A stretch of 64,000 bases of DNA from Acidimicrobiaceae bacterium (GTDB taxonomy: Bacteria > Actinomycetota > Acidimicrobiia > Acidimicrobiales > RAAP-2), in assembly GCA_027306605.1 (NCBI GenBank), contig DAHUZK010000051.1, positions 15,977 to 79,976 on the forward strand, read 5' to 3'. The position numbers and the translations under genes are program-made. Below, in pieces: positions 18,975 through 27,432 of the stretch. The notes under the pieces are model-generated. The model was not told the DNA's origin, searched no databases, and saw only the letters and a program-made list of their open reading frames with translations. Positions within the stretch are counted from its first letter, which is position 1. Every line of letters begins with the position of its first letter.

Positions 18975-21044
18975 TCAGCGCGCCCGGGCGCGGGCGCGTC
19001 GCGAGCGGAGCCAGGTGCGCACCCACCACAGGAGGAGGACCGCCCCGGCCAGCGCCGTCAGCGCCACGCCGGCGAAGGAGATGGCGGTCGACTGCACCGT
19101 CAGGACGGTGTGGGCGATGAGCAGCTGGCCGTCGGGTGTGCGCAGCGTGACCTCGATGGGAAGGCGGTCGCCCGATGTGCGGGCCTGGGCCGTGACCCGG
19201 ACCGAGGTCGTGGGCCGGTCGAGCAGGAGGGTCCGGGTGTTGCCGTTGGGGAACGTGAACTTGTCGCTGTCGAGGGTCACCACGACGTGCACCGGATAGG
19301 GGGACGCCGACAGGACCGTCACCGGGATGGCCGCCTGCTGCGCGGTGAACGTGACGGTCCGCTCCGTGGCCAGGGTGATCTTGCCCGTCGCGGCCGCGAA
19401 GGACCGGTCGTAGGCGCTGAGCGCGGCGGCGCGGCGCGTGGCGGAGAGGCCGAGGGCCTCGGTGGCCAGGAGGCCGTCACCGAGCGAGTTCAGCTGGGGT
19501 GGGTGGCCCGGCTTCACCGCATCGGCGTAGGAGCCCAGCTGCTGGCGTGCCAGGCCGATGCGGACCGCTGCGTTGTGCGTGATGCCGTGTGTCGCCCCAC
19601 CTGCCTGGAGGTGCCGCACCGAGGGCTCGCGGTCGTTGGGGCCGCCCCCGACCGGCACGGACTGGAAGAACTGGGCCAGGGTCACGGGGCTGAGCACCTG
19701 GTTGGGCAGCAGCCCTCCGAGCAGCGTGTCGAGGAAGGCCGCCGACGGTTTCCAGCCGGCCGGTGGCGCCAGCACGATGCCGCGCTGGTTGGACAAGAAG
19801 GCGTTCTCGAAGTGGACGAACGAGAGGCCGGCCAGGAGCTGCTCGGCCGAGAGCACCGGATCGGCCGGATCGGCGCTGAAGCGGGCGCTGAGGGAGGTGT
19901 CGACGGCGGCGGCGGTCGTCGGCGAGCCCTGGCCCAGGTCGAGGCCGAAGGGCTGGGCGAAGGTGAAGGACGAGTTGAGACCGCTGGTCGCCAGGTCCGA
20001 GTCGCTCAGGACCAGCTGGGACGCGCCGGCCGCTTGCAGGCCGGTGGCGAGGTTGGCAGCGTCGCCCTGGGTGAAGTTCGAGAAGGGGTCGACCCAGGTC
20101 CCCCCGGCCGGTTTGAGCCCGGCGGCGCGCAGGAGCTGGTCGCCTCGGAGCATCTGCGCGGTGATCTCGCCCGTGATGCCCGCCTCGGAGAGAGCCGACA
20201 GGTTGATGGGGACGTAGGAGTCGTCGACGACCTCGTCGGCGGGCAGTGCCTGGAGCTGCGCCAGCGCGTGGCCGCCGTCGCGCGTGCGCCCCTGCTCGAT
20301 GGCGTTCACCGAGGCCGGGTCGACGGCGAGCGTCGTCGGGACGTCGTGATGTGCAGCCAGCGCGTTGGCCACCGTGTCGAAACCGGCACCGGCGACCGGC
20401 AGCACGACCGCCACGGAGAGGGGACCACCGGCGCCGATCGCCCCGGGCTCTTGGTAGGTGAGGAAGGTGGTGAAGTGCGCGACGGGCACGGCAGAGCCCT
20501 GGCGCACCAGCGCGACGCCGACCGGGTAGACGTCACCGCACCGCCCCGTCAACGGCGTGCAGCCGAGGACGAGGATCGGCGCGCCGGCGGGGCAGGCCCC
20601 GGCGCCGGTGGCCGGCGTGCTGGCGCTGGACTGGGGGAGGACGGTCACGCAGACCGAGGCCGTCAGGCCGGTCGGCCCGCCGGCGGCCACCGTCACGAGG
20701 TTGTCGTGCGCCAGCGTCCCCGTGGGCGGCGTTCCGCCGATGGACTGCTGCAGCTGTGAGGAGTCGTCGAGGCGCCCGTAGAAGGTGAGGTCGACGTGGA
20801 GGTCGCCGGCCGAGCCCTCGGCCGGGTTCACGCCCACGGCGAGGTTGAACCAGGGCTGTTGGGGCGACACCCACGGGGACTGGGACAACAGCGTCAGCGC
20901 CGGGCCGCCCGAGCTCGCCGGTACGACCGAGTGTCCTTGTGCCGCCGCCCCGGCTCCGGGCGCGGCCGCGCCCCACGTGCCGAGGAGGGCAAGTGCGACA
21001 GAGGAAAGCGTGCAAAGGGCGGTCCTGGCCCAGCGCATCGGCAC
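18975..21044 (-). CDS. Large secreted, C-terminally membrane-anchored protein of unknown function (Rv3909-like by position)
   Basis: 689 aa with an N-terminal signal peptide (ALCTLSSVALALLGTWGAAAPGAGA) and a C-terminal TM helix plus Arg-rich stop-transfer (LLLWWVRTWLRSRRARARAR). It lies immediately upstream of murJ, as Rv3909 does with Rv3910. Confidence 0.7.
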   Translation of the reverse strand: MPMRWARTALCTLSSVALALLGTWGAAAPGAGAAAQGHSVVPASSGGPALTLLSQSPWVSPQQPWFNLAVGVNPAEGSAGDLHVDLTFYGRLDDSSQLQQSIGGTPPTGTLAHDNLVTVAAGGPTGLTASVCVTVLPQSSASTPATGAGACPAGAPILVLGCTPLTGRCGDVYPVGVALVRQGSAVPVAHFTTFLTYQEPGAIGAGGPLSVAVVLPVAGAGFDTVANALAAHHDVPTTLAVDPASVNAIEQGRTRDGGHALAQLQALPADEVVDDSYVPINLSALSEAGITGEITAQMLRGDQLLRAAGLKPAGGTWVDPFSNFTQGDAANLATGLQAAGASQLVLSDSDLATSGLNSSFTFAQPFGLDLGQGSPTTAAAVDTSLSARFSADPADPVLSAEQLLAGLSFVHFENAFLSNQRGIVLAPPAGWKPSAAFLDTLLGGLLPNQVLSPVTLAQFFQSVPVGGGPNDREPSVRHLQAGGATHGITHNAAVRIGLARQQLGSYADAVKPGHPPQLNSLGDGLLATEALGLSATRRAAALSAYDRSFAAATGKITLATERTVTFTAQQAAIPVTVLSASPYPVHVVVTLDSDKFTFPNGNTRTLLLDRPTTSVRVTAQARTSGDRLPIEVTLRTPDGQLLIAHTVLTVQSTAISFAGVALTALAGAVLLLWWVRTWLRSRRARARAR

Positions 21045-21078
21045 AAGGAGAGGCTAGAGCGGGCACTACCGTGGGCGG

Positions 21079-22467
21079 GTGCAGTCCTCGACGGTCCCCG
21101 ATCGGTTCCGCCCCTACGTGCGCGCCACCGAGGAGCTGGCGGGGCGCTTCGCCGGCGCAGGCCGCTCCCTGTATCTGGTCGGTGGCTCGGTCCGTGACGC
21201 CCTGTTTCCCGGCGAGACCGGCGCCGACGCCGATCTCGACCTGACCACGGAGGCACGGCCCGACGAGATCAAGCGCCTGGTGGCCGGCTGGGCCGAGGAC
21301 GTGTGGACCCAGGGGGAGCGCTACGGCACGATCGGCTGCCGGAGGGGGACGCAGGTCTACGAGATCACGACGCACCGGGCCGAGGTCTACGTGCCCGAGT
21401 CGCGCAAGCCGGACGTGACCTTCGGGGACGACATCGCAGTGGACCTGTCGCGCCGGGACTTCACCGTCAACGCCATGGCCCTGCGCCTGCCCGACATGGA
21501 GCTGATCGACCCCTACGACGGGCTGGGCGACCTGGCCGCCCGCCGCCTGCGCACGCCGCTCGACCCGGAGATCTCGTTCGGGGACGACCCGCTGCGCATG
21601 CTGCGCGCGGCCCGCTTCGCCGCTCGCTTCGACCTGGCGCCCGATCCGGCGCTCGTGGCGGCGGTGGAGCAGATGCACGGGCGCATGTCGATCGTCTCGG
21701 CCGAGCGGATTCGCGGCGAGCTCGACAAGATCGTCGTCCTCGACGTGCCCTCGACCGCGTTGTGGTTCGTCGTGCACACGGGCCTGGCGGCCGAGTTCTT
21801 CCCGGAGCTGCCGGGCCTCGCACTCGAGCAGGACCCGATCCACCGGCACAAGGACGTGCTGGCGCACACGCTGGCCGTGGTCGACAAGACGTCGCCCCAG
21901 CGACTGCTCAGGCTGGCCGCCCTCTTCCACGACGTGGGCAAGCCGCGCACGCGCGCCATCACCGGCGGGGGCGTGACGTTCCATCACCACGAGGTGGTCG
22001 GTGCGCGCATGACGCGGGCACGCATGGAGGCCTTGCGCTATCCGGCCGCAGACGTCGACACCGTCGTCCGGCTCGTCGAGCTCCATCTCCGCTTCCACAC
22101 CTACCGCCTGGGATGGACGGACAAGGCGGTGCGCCGCTACGTGCGCGACGCCGGGCCCCATCTGGCCATGCTCAACGAACTGACACGTTGTGACTGCACG
22201 ACGCGCAACGCGGCGAAGGCCCGCGCGTTGGCCCGGCGCATGGACGAGCTCGAGGCGCGTATCGGGGAGCTGCGCCAGAGGGAGGAGCTCGATGCGTTGC
22301 GACCCGACCTCGACGGCAACCAGGTGATGGAGATCCTCGGCATCGGCCCTGGCCGCGCCGTGGGACAGGCCCTCCACTTCTTGATGGAGCTTCGCCTCGA
22401 CGAGGGCCCTCTCGGCGTGGAGGAGGCCACGACCCGCTTGAAGGAGTGGTGGGCCGCCCAGGGCTGA
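21079..22467 (+). CDS. cca: CCA tRNA nucleotidyltransferase / poly(A) polymerase family protein with HD domain
   Basis: 462 aa: GGSVRDALFP, the DLDLTT nucleotidyltransferase motif, RRDFTVNAMA and an HD domain (LAALFHDVGKP). Confidence 0.9.
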   Translation: MQSSTVPDRFRPYVRATEELAGRFAGAGRSLYLVGGSVRDALFPGETGADADLDLTTEARPDEIKRLVAGWAEDVWTQGERYGTIGCRRGTQVYEITTHRAEVYVPESRKPDVTFGDDIAVDLSRRDFTVNAMALRLPDMELIDPYDGLGDLAARRLRTPLDPEISFGDDPLRMLRAARFAARFDLAPDPALVAAVEQMHGRMSIVSAERIRGELDKIVVLDVPSTALWFVVHTGLAAEFFPELPGLALEQDPIHRHKDVLAHTLAVVDKTSPQRLLRLAALFHDVGKPRTRAITGGGVTFHHHEVVGARMTRARMEALRYPAADVDTVVRLVELHLRFHTYRLGWTDKAVRRYVRDAGPHLAMLNELTRCDCTTRNAAKARALARRMDELEARIGELRQREELDALRPDLDGNQVMEILGIGPGRAVGQALHFLMELRLDEGPLGVEEATTRLKEWWAAQG

Positions 22468-22499
22468 GCCGGGACCGGGTGCAGCGGTAGCCTCGTTCC

Positions 22500-22985
22500 A
22501 TGACGAGGATCGCGGCACCGGAGAGCGGCATGGGCGAGCACATCGACTGGGCGCTGTTGCGCCCGGAGATGGCGGCGGGAATGGGGAAGCTGTCCGAGTC
22601 CGTCTACGGGAACTCGCAGCTGTCGGTGCGCGAGCGCGAAGCGGCCCGCTGGACCATCGCGCTGATCAACGACTGCGCGGTCTGCCGCGACACGCGCGCC
22701 CGTGACGGTGAGGCGGCCGGGGCGGGGGAAGGGTTCTACGCCGAGGTGACTGACTGGCGCGGCGCCACCGCACTGAGCGACCGCGAGCGACTGGCGGCGG
22801 AGTTCGCCGAGCGGTTCGCCTTGGACCATCTCGCCATGGACGACGCGCTGTGGGACCGGCTCCACGCGGCATTCGACGAGGGCGAGCTGGCTGATCTCGT
22901 CATCTGCTGCGGTGCCTTCCTCGGCATGGGGCGGGCACTCGCCGTCGTCGGCGTGCGCGCGCCGGACGAGCGCATCCTGGTCTGA
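22500..22985 (+). CDS. Carboxymuconolactone decarboxylase (AhpD-like) family protein
   Basis: 161 aa with a CxxC-type motif (NDCAVCRDT) in the AhpD/CMD fold context. Confidence 0.7.
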   Translation: MTRIAAPESGMGEHIDWALLRPEMAAGMGKLSESVYGNSQLSVREREAARWTIALINDCAVCRDTRARDGEAAGAGEGFYAEVTDWRGATALSDRERLAAEFAERFALDHLAMDDALWDRLHAAFDEGELADLVICCGAFLGMGRALAVVGVRAPDERILV

Positions 22986-22996
22986 ATCGTCCCGGC

Positions 22997-23064
22997 CGAC
23001 GGGCTCAGTCGTCCGACGGGCTGAGTCGTCCGACGGGCTCAGTCGTCCGACGGGCTCAGTCGTC
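22997..23064. repeat. 17-nt tandem repeat x4 (CGACGGGCTCAGTCGTC) overlapping the ino1 stop codon
   Basis: Read directly. The last copy contains the final two codons and the TGA of ino1. Copy 2 carries one substitution (ctgag). Confidence 0.9.
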
Positions 23065-24156
23065 GGGCCAGCGTTCCTGGGTCTCGCCGGCGGCGAACGC
23101 CTCGACGAGGGCGTGGGCTTCGTCGTCGTGGTACTGCACCGGCGGCGACTTCATGAAGTAGGCCGAGGGGCCGAGAAGGGGACCGCCGATACCGCGATCG
23201 AGCGCCAGCTTGGCGCAGCGCACGGCATCGATGATCACGCCGGCCGAATTCGGGGAGTCCCAGACCTCGAGCTTCAGCTCGAGGTTGAGCGGGACGTCGC
23301 CGAAGTTGCGCCCCTCCATGCGGATGTAGGCCCACTTGCGGTCCTTGAGCCACGGCACGTGGTCGGAGGGTCCGACGTGGACGTCCTCGGTGTCGAGCAC
23401 GTTCTGCTCGATCTGGCTCGTGACCGCCTGTGTCTTCGAGATCTTCTTGGACTCGAGCCGGTCGCGCTCGAGCATGTTCTTGAAGTCCATGTTGCCGCCG
23501 AAGTTCAGCTGGTACGTGTGGTCCAGGGCCAGCCCGCGGTCCTCGAAGAGCCGGGTGAGGATCCGGTGGACGATGGTCGAGCCGACCTGGCTCTTGATGT
23601 CGTCGCCGACGATGGGCACCCCGGCGTCGCGGAACTTGCGGGCCCATGCGGGATCGGAAGCGATGAAGACGGGGATGGCGTTGACGAAGGCCACCCCGGA
23701 ATCCAGGCAGGCCTGGGCGTAGTGGCGCTGCGCCTGCTCGGAGCCGACGGGGAGGTACGAGACGAGGACGTCTGCTTTCACCTCGCGCAGCGCGGCGGCA
23801 ACGTCGACCGGTTCGGCCGGTGACTCCTCCACCAGTTCTCGGTAGTACCGGCCGAGCCCGTCGAACGTCGGTCCGCGCTGGACGGTGACGCCGAGCTCCC
23901 CCACGTCTGCGAAGCGCACCGTGTTGTTCAGTCCGGCGTGGATCGCCTTGCCGAGGTCCGTGCCGACCTTGGTCTGGTCCACGTCGAACGCCGCCACCGG
24001 GACGAGGTCGCGGACGTGGTACCCGCCCAGCTCCACGTGCATCAGTCCGGGCACGACGTCGCCGGGATCGGCGTCCCGGTAGTACTCGATGCCCTGGACG
24101 AGCGAGCTGGCGCAATTGCCGACGCCGGCGATCGCGAGTCGGATGGGGGTGGGCAT
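23056..24156 (-). CDS. ino1: Inositol-3-phosphate synthase
   Basis: 366 aa: [22 protein letters not shown] and a conserved INO1 core. Upstream padR matches mycobacterial synteny. Confidence 0.93.
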   Translation of the reverse strand: MPTPIRLAIAGVGNCASSLVQGIEYYRDADPGDVVPGLMHVELGGYHVRDLVPVAAFDVDQTKVGTDLGKAIHAGLNNTVRFADVGELGVTVQRGPTFDGLGRYYRELVEESPAEPVDVAAALREVKADVLVSYLPVGSEQAQRHYAQACLDSGVAFVNAIPVFIASDPAWARKFRDAGVPIVGDDIKSQVGSTIVHRILTRLFEDRGLALDHTYQLNFGGNMDFKNMLERDRLESKKISKTQAVTSQIEQNVLDTEDVHVGPSDHVPWLKDRKWAYIRMEGRNFGDVPLNLELKLEVWDSPNSAGVIIDAVRCAKLALDRGIGGPLLGPSAYFMKSPPVQYHDDEAHALVEAFAAGETQERWPDD

Positions 24157-24209
24157 GGAGGCTTCTCCTTTGGTGTCGGCGTTGTTGGTGTCGGCGTTGC
24201 GATGGTCGG

Positions 24210-24827
24210 TCAGCTCGCCGGCTCGTGGCCGGCGGTGGCGAGGGCGGCGCGCTCGGACGCGATGAGGGTGTCGAGCCAGCTGATGTCGCGGGCGATGCCG
24301 TCCGCGGTGTGCTGCACGACGGAGCGGGCGTAGACGTCGAGGTCGGCGCGGGCGCCTTCGGCTTCACCGAGGCGCTGGACCAACAGCGCCCGGCGGCGTT
24401 CGAGCAGCGCCATCCGGGCCTGCGGGGCCAGGTGCCGCGCGAAGGCCAGCCGGAGGCCGAAGCTGCGGGCGTCGTCGACCCCCCCACCTTCGAGGAGCTC
24501 GGCGAAGAGCCGCCTCCCGTCGTCGGTGATGCGGTACACCTTGCGGCCGCGGCGACCCCGGGTGGGGGAGTGGCGACGGGCGCGCAGAACGGCCAGCTCG
24601 CCGCTCAGGGACCCGGTCGGGGGGGCAGTGACGGAAACCGCCGCCGTCGAGCTCGGCCCTTCGATGGTCGTCACCGCGCCGGACTTCTCCAGCCTGGTCA
24701 AGGCGGGGTAGATCGACCCGAAGGAGACGTTGGCCAGCAGGCCCAGGTGCTCGCGCAATTGGCGTCGGATCTCGTACCCGTGGAGGTCGCCCTCCTCGAG
24801 CAGCCCCAATATGGCCAGATCCAACAT
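24210..24827 (-). CDS. PadR family transcriptional regulator
   Basis: 205 aa: [40 protein letters not shown] (winged helix of PadR). Confidence 0.9.
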   Translation of the reverse strand: MLDLAILGLLEEGDLHGYEIRRQLREHLGLLANVSFGSIYPALTRLEKSGAVTTIEGPSSTAAVSVTAPPTGSLSGELAVLRARRHSPTRGRRGRKVYRITDDGRRLFAELLEGGGVDDARSFGLRLAFARHLAPQARMALLERRRALLVQRLGEAEGARADLDVYARSVVQHTADGIARDISWLDTLIASERAALATAGHEPAS

Positions 24828-24836
24828 GACGGTCCA

Positions 24837-24855
24837 TTATATCGGTTCGATATAA
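24837..24855. promoter_or_regulatory. Candidate PadR operator: perfect 8-3-8 palindrome TTATATCG-gtt-CGATATAA overlapping a TATAAT -10 box
   Basis: An AT-rich palindrome 10 nt upstream of the padR ATG. The minus strand reads TATAAT (24836-24841), 8 nt before the ATG, which implies a leaderless or near-leaderless padR transcript. Confidence 0.55.
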
Positions 24856-24983
24856 CGCGGAACGCGGATTGGTCGCGGTGGGTGTTGGAACCTGCCGGAC
24901 GGACCGTGTCCTTCGACCAGTGCCTGAGCGGTAGCCTGGCCGCCGTGTCCGTCACCTCGGAGCCGAGGTCGCCTTCTCGTGCC

Positions 24984-25391
24984 GTGAGCGCTGACGTCAC
25001 CGCCCAGGTCGAGTACCGCATCGTCCGCAATGGCCTCGTCCGGGAGGTCGAGCGGGGCCGGGTCCAAAAGGTCGACGTGTGCGACGCCCATCCCGAGCTC
25101 CTGCGGGCGGCCCGGAATGTCGGTCGTCCCACCAAAGAGGTCTGCCCGATCTGCGACGACGGTCGGCTGGTCACCGTCACGTTCGTCTTCGGGGCGAAGC
25201 TCCCCTCCGGCGGACGCTGCCCGGGGACGGCGGCGGAGTTGAAGGCACTGTGCCGGCGGCCCGAGCCCGTGCTGTGTTACGAGGTGGAGGTCTGCCCGTG
25301 CTGCGCGTGGCACCACCTCATGCGCAAGTACCCGGCGGGTGGGGTCAAGCCGCGCCAGAAGGACCAGAAGAAGGCGACGCCCCGACGGTGA
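24984..25391 (+). CDS. DUF5318-like conserved actinobacterial protein (Rv0049-like)
   Basis: GTG 24984 gives VSADVTAQVEYRIVRNGLVREVERGRVQKVDVCDAHPELLRAARNVGRPTKEVCPICDD...VCPCCAWHHL. The four-Cys pattern and the location beside padR/ino1 match Rv0049 as I recall it. Confidence 0.65.
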   Translation: MSADVTAQVEYRIVRNGLVREVERGRVQKVDVCDAHPELLRAARNVGRPTKEVCPICDDGRLVTVTFVFGAKLPSGGRCPGTAAELKALCRRPEPVLCYEVEVCPCCAWHHLMRKYPAGGVKPRQKDQKKATPRR

Positions 25392-26227
25392 GCGAGACAC
25401 CCGTCACCGTCCCTTCGCTGCGCGCCCGCAAGCGCCGCGACGGTTCGACCCCGATCGTCATGGTCACGGCCTACGACGAGCCGGGCGCTCGAATCGTCTC
25501 CGGCGCCGGGGCAGACATCATCTTGGTCGGGGACTCGGTGGCCAACAACGTCCTCGGATACGACGACACGCTCCACGTCGACATCGACGTGATGGCCCAT
25601 CACACCGCGGCCGTGGCGCGCGCCAGGCCGCGCTCGCTCATCTTGGGTGACATGCCGTGGATGAGCTACCACCTGAGCCCCGACGAGGCGGTGCGCAACG
25701 CGGCGAGGTTGATCCGCGCCGGCGCCCAGGCGGTCAAGCTCGAGGGCGGCCGGGCCCGGCTCCCGGTCGTCGAGGCGATCGTCAAGGCCGAGATCCCGGT
25801 CGTCGGGCACCTCGGGCTCACCCCGCAGTCCGTCCTGGCCATGGGTGGTTTCCGTGTCCAGGGAAAGAGCGTCGATGCCGCCGGCGCCCTGCTCGACGCC
25901 GCCAAGGCACTCGCCGCCGCCGGGTGCTTCGCCTTCGTGATCGAGGGCGTGCCCGACGTCGTGGGGGCCAAGGCCACCGAGGCACTCGACGTCCCCACCA
26001 TCGGCATCGGCGCTGGTCCGGACTGCGACGGCCAGGTACTCGTGTTCCACGACCTGCTCGGGCTGGGGCGGACCACGCCCCCCAAGTTCGTGCGGCAGTA
26101 CGCCGACCTCGGCCGCATCGCCACCGAGGCGATCGCGGCGTTCGCCGACGACGTCCGGAGCGGGAGCTTTCCGAGTGACGCCGAGACCTACCACGCCCCG
26201 GCAGGCCTGGGCGACGCTCTGGGCTGA
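25388..26227 (+). CDS. panB: 3-methyl-2-oxobutanoate hydroxymethyltransferase
   Basis: GTG 25388 overlaps the upstream stop (GTGA). Translation: VSETPVTVPSLRARKRRDGSTPIVMVTAYDEPGARI...GDSVANNVLGYDDT...VKLEGG. Confidence 0.92.
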   Translation: MSETPVTVPSLRARKRRDGSTPIVMVTAYDEPGARIVSGAGADIILVGDSVANNVLGYDDTLHVDIDVMAHHTAAVARARPRSLILGDMPWMSYHLSPDEAVRNAARLIRAGAQAVKLEGGRARLPVVEAIVKAEIPVVGHLGLTPQSVLAMGGFRVQGKSVDAAGALLDAAKALAAAGCFAFVIEGVPDVVGAKATEALDVPTIGIGAGPDCDGQVLVFHDLLGLGRTTPPKFVRQYADLGRIATEAIAAFADDVRSGSFPSDAETYHAPAGLGDALG

Positions 26228-26238
26228 GCCCGGCCCTC

Positions 26239-26264
26239 GCCCGCGGGCGGTCACGGCCGCGGGC
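26239..26264 (+). terminator. Possible intrinsic (I-shaped, no U-tract) terminator hairpin after panB
   Basis: GCCCGCGG-10 nt-CCGCGGGC, 12 nt after the panB stop. Confidence 0.3.
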
Positions 26265-26370
26265 TGAACCCTTCCCAGCAGGAACGCTCTCTTTCTGCGG
26301 TGTATACGCGGGCTGCCCGGGACTCCGTGCGGCGCCCTCTACGCGTGCTCCCGCCTCGGGCGCTCCTGGC

Positions 26371-26412
26371 TGTATATGCGGGTGAAGCCGAGAGGCTTCC
26401 CCCGCATATACA
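26371..26412. repeat. Long imperfect hairpin TGTATATGCGGG-T-GAAGCC-GAGA-GGCTTC-C-CCCGCATATACA
   Basis: 12-bp and 6-bp stems around a GAGA loop, read directly. Part of a family of GTATA(C/T) palindromes in the panB-rpsF spacer. Confidence 0.85.
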
Positions 26413-26603
26413 GGCGAGGAGAACGTGGCCGGCCGGCCGTATACGGCCGGTGAAGCCACTTGCGGCGCCTGCGAGGTCGGACCTCGCCGGGACCGCCCTG
26501 TTCAGGGGCTGGCGGCGGCGGCTAGCATGGCGACCCGCAAGAGAACCCTGCTCCTGACCGCCAGGAGCCCGGCATCGCCGGTCCAGAGGGAGGTGTGCCG
26601 CAC

Positions 26604-26921
26604 ATGCGGCCCTACGAAGTCATGGCCATTTTCGAGGCCACCACCGAGCCCAGTTTGATCCAGGGCGTCCTCGACCACGCTCTCGAGACCATCCGCGGTG
26701 CGGGGGGCACTCCCGGGACGATCGACCGGTGGGGCCGCCGCGCCTTCGCCTATGAGGTGAACCACAAGCGCGAGGGTTACTACGTCGTGGTGGAGTTCAC
26801 GGGCGAGCCCGAGACGGTTGCCGCCTTGGACCGCATGCTCGGTCTGGCCGACGAGGTGGTGCGTCACAAGGTGGTCCGCCTCCCCGACCACAAGCCTGCC
26901 GCCGAGCACGCGGCGAGCTGA
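26604..26921 (+). CDS. rpsF: 30S ribosomal protein S6
   Basis: MRPYEVMAIFEA... after an AGAGGGAGG RBS. Operon rpsF-ssb-rpsR-rplI. Confidence 0.93.
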   Translation: MRPYEVMAIFEATTEPSLIQGVLDHALETIRGAGGTPGTIDRWGRRAFAYEVNHKREGYYVVVEFTGEPETVAALDRMLGLADEVVRHKVVRLPDHKPAAEHAAS

Positions 26922-26943
26922 AGGCCCCCGAGAAGGAGCAGAG

Positions 26944-27432
26944 ATGGCGACAGACAACAGCGTGACCCTCGTGGGCAACGTGACCCGGGACCCCGAGCTG
27001 CGCTTCACCAACACCGGGCAGGCCAATGTCACCTTCGGGTTGGCTGTCAACCGGCGCTGGCAGAACCGCCAGACTCAGGAGTGGGAGGAAGCAACGTCCT
27101 TCTTCGACATCGTGTGCTGGCGCGAGATGGCCGAGAACGTCAGCGAGACCATCACCCGAGGTGCCCGGGTCATGGTGGCGGGTCGGCTCGAACAGCGCAG
27201 CTGGGAGACCCAGGAGGGTGAACGCCGGTCAAAGGTGGAGGTCGTGGCGGACGAGATCGGACCCTCTCTGCGTTGGGCCACCGCCCAGGTCACGAAGAAC
27301 GAGCGCCGCGCGCCCGGTGAGTACGGCGGACGCGGCGGCGGACGGCAGTCGGCGCCGCCGCCTACCCCGAGCCCAGGTGGCAACGGAGGCGGCGGAGCAG
27401 GTGGCTACGGATACGACGAGGAGCCCTTCTGA
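26944..27432 (+). CDS. ssb: Single-stranded DNA-binding protein
   Basis: [22 protein letters not shown] (OB fold), a Gly-rich linker and the acidic tip DEEPF. Confidence 0.95.
   Translation: MATDNSVTLVGNVTRDPELRFTNTGQANVTFGLAVNRRWQNRQTQEWEEATSFFDIVCWREMAENVSETITRGARVMVAGRLEQRSWETQEGERRSKVEVVADEIGPSLRWATAQVTKNERRAPGEYGGRGGGRQSAPPPTPSPGGNGGGGAGGYGYDEEPF

Noticed and set aside
22997-23064. CRISPR array hypothesis for the tandem repeats here and at 46139-46213, 49384-49468 and 27741-27845
   Set aside because: The copies are directly abutting with no spacers. Units are only 15-35 nt with 2-7 copies, and no cas genes are present. They are simple tandem repeats.
26300-26557. 85-aa ORF in the panB-rpsF spacer
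   Set aside because: The translation is Arg/Ala/Pro-rich and overlaps the palindromic elements. It has no RBS or coding-like codon bias. The region is better explained as structured non-coding DNA or RNA.
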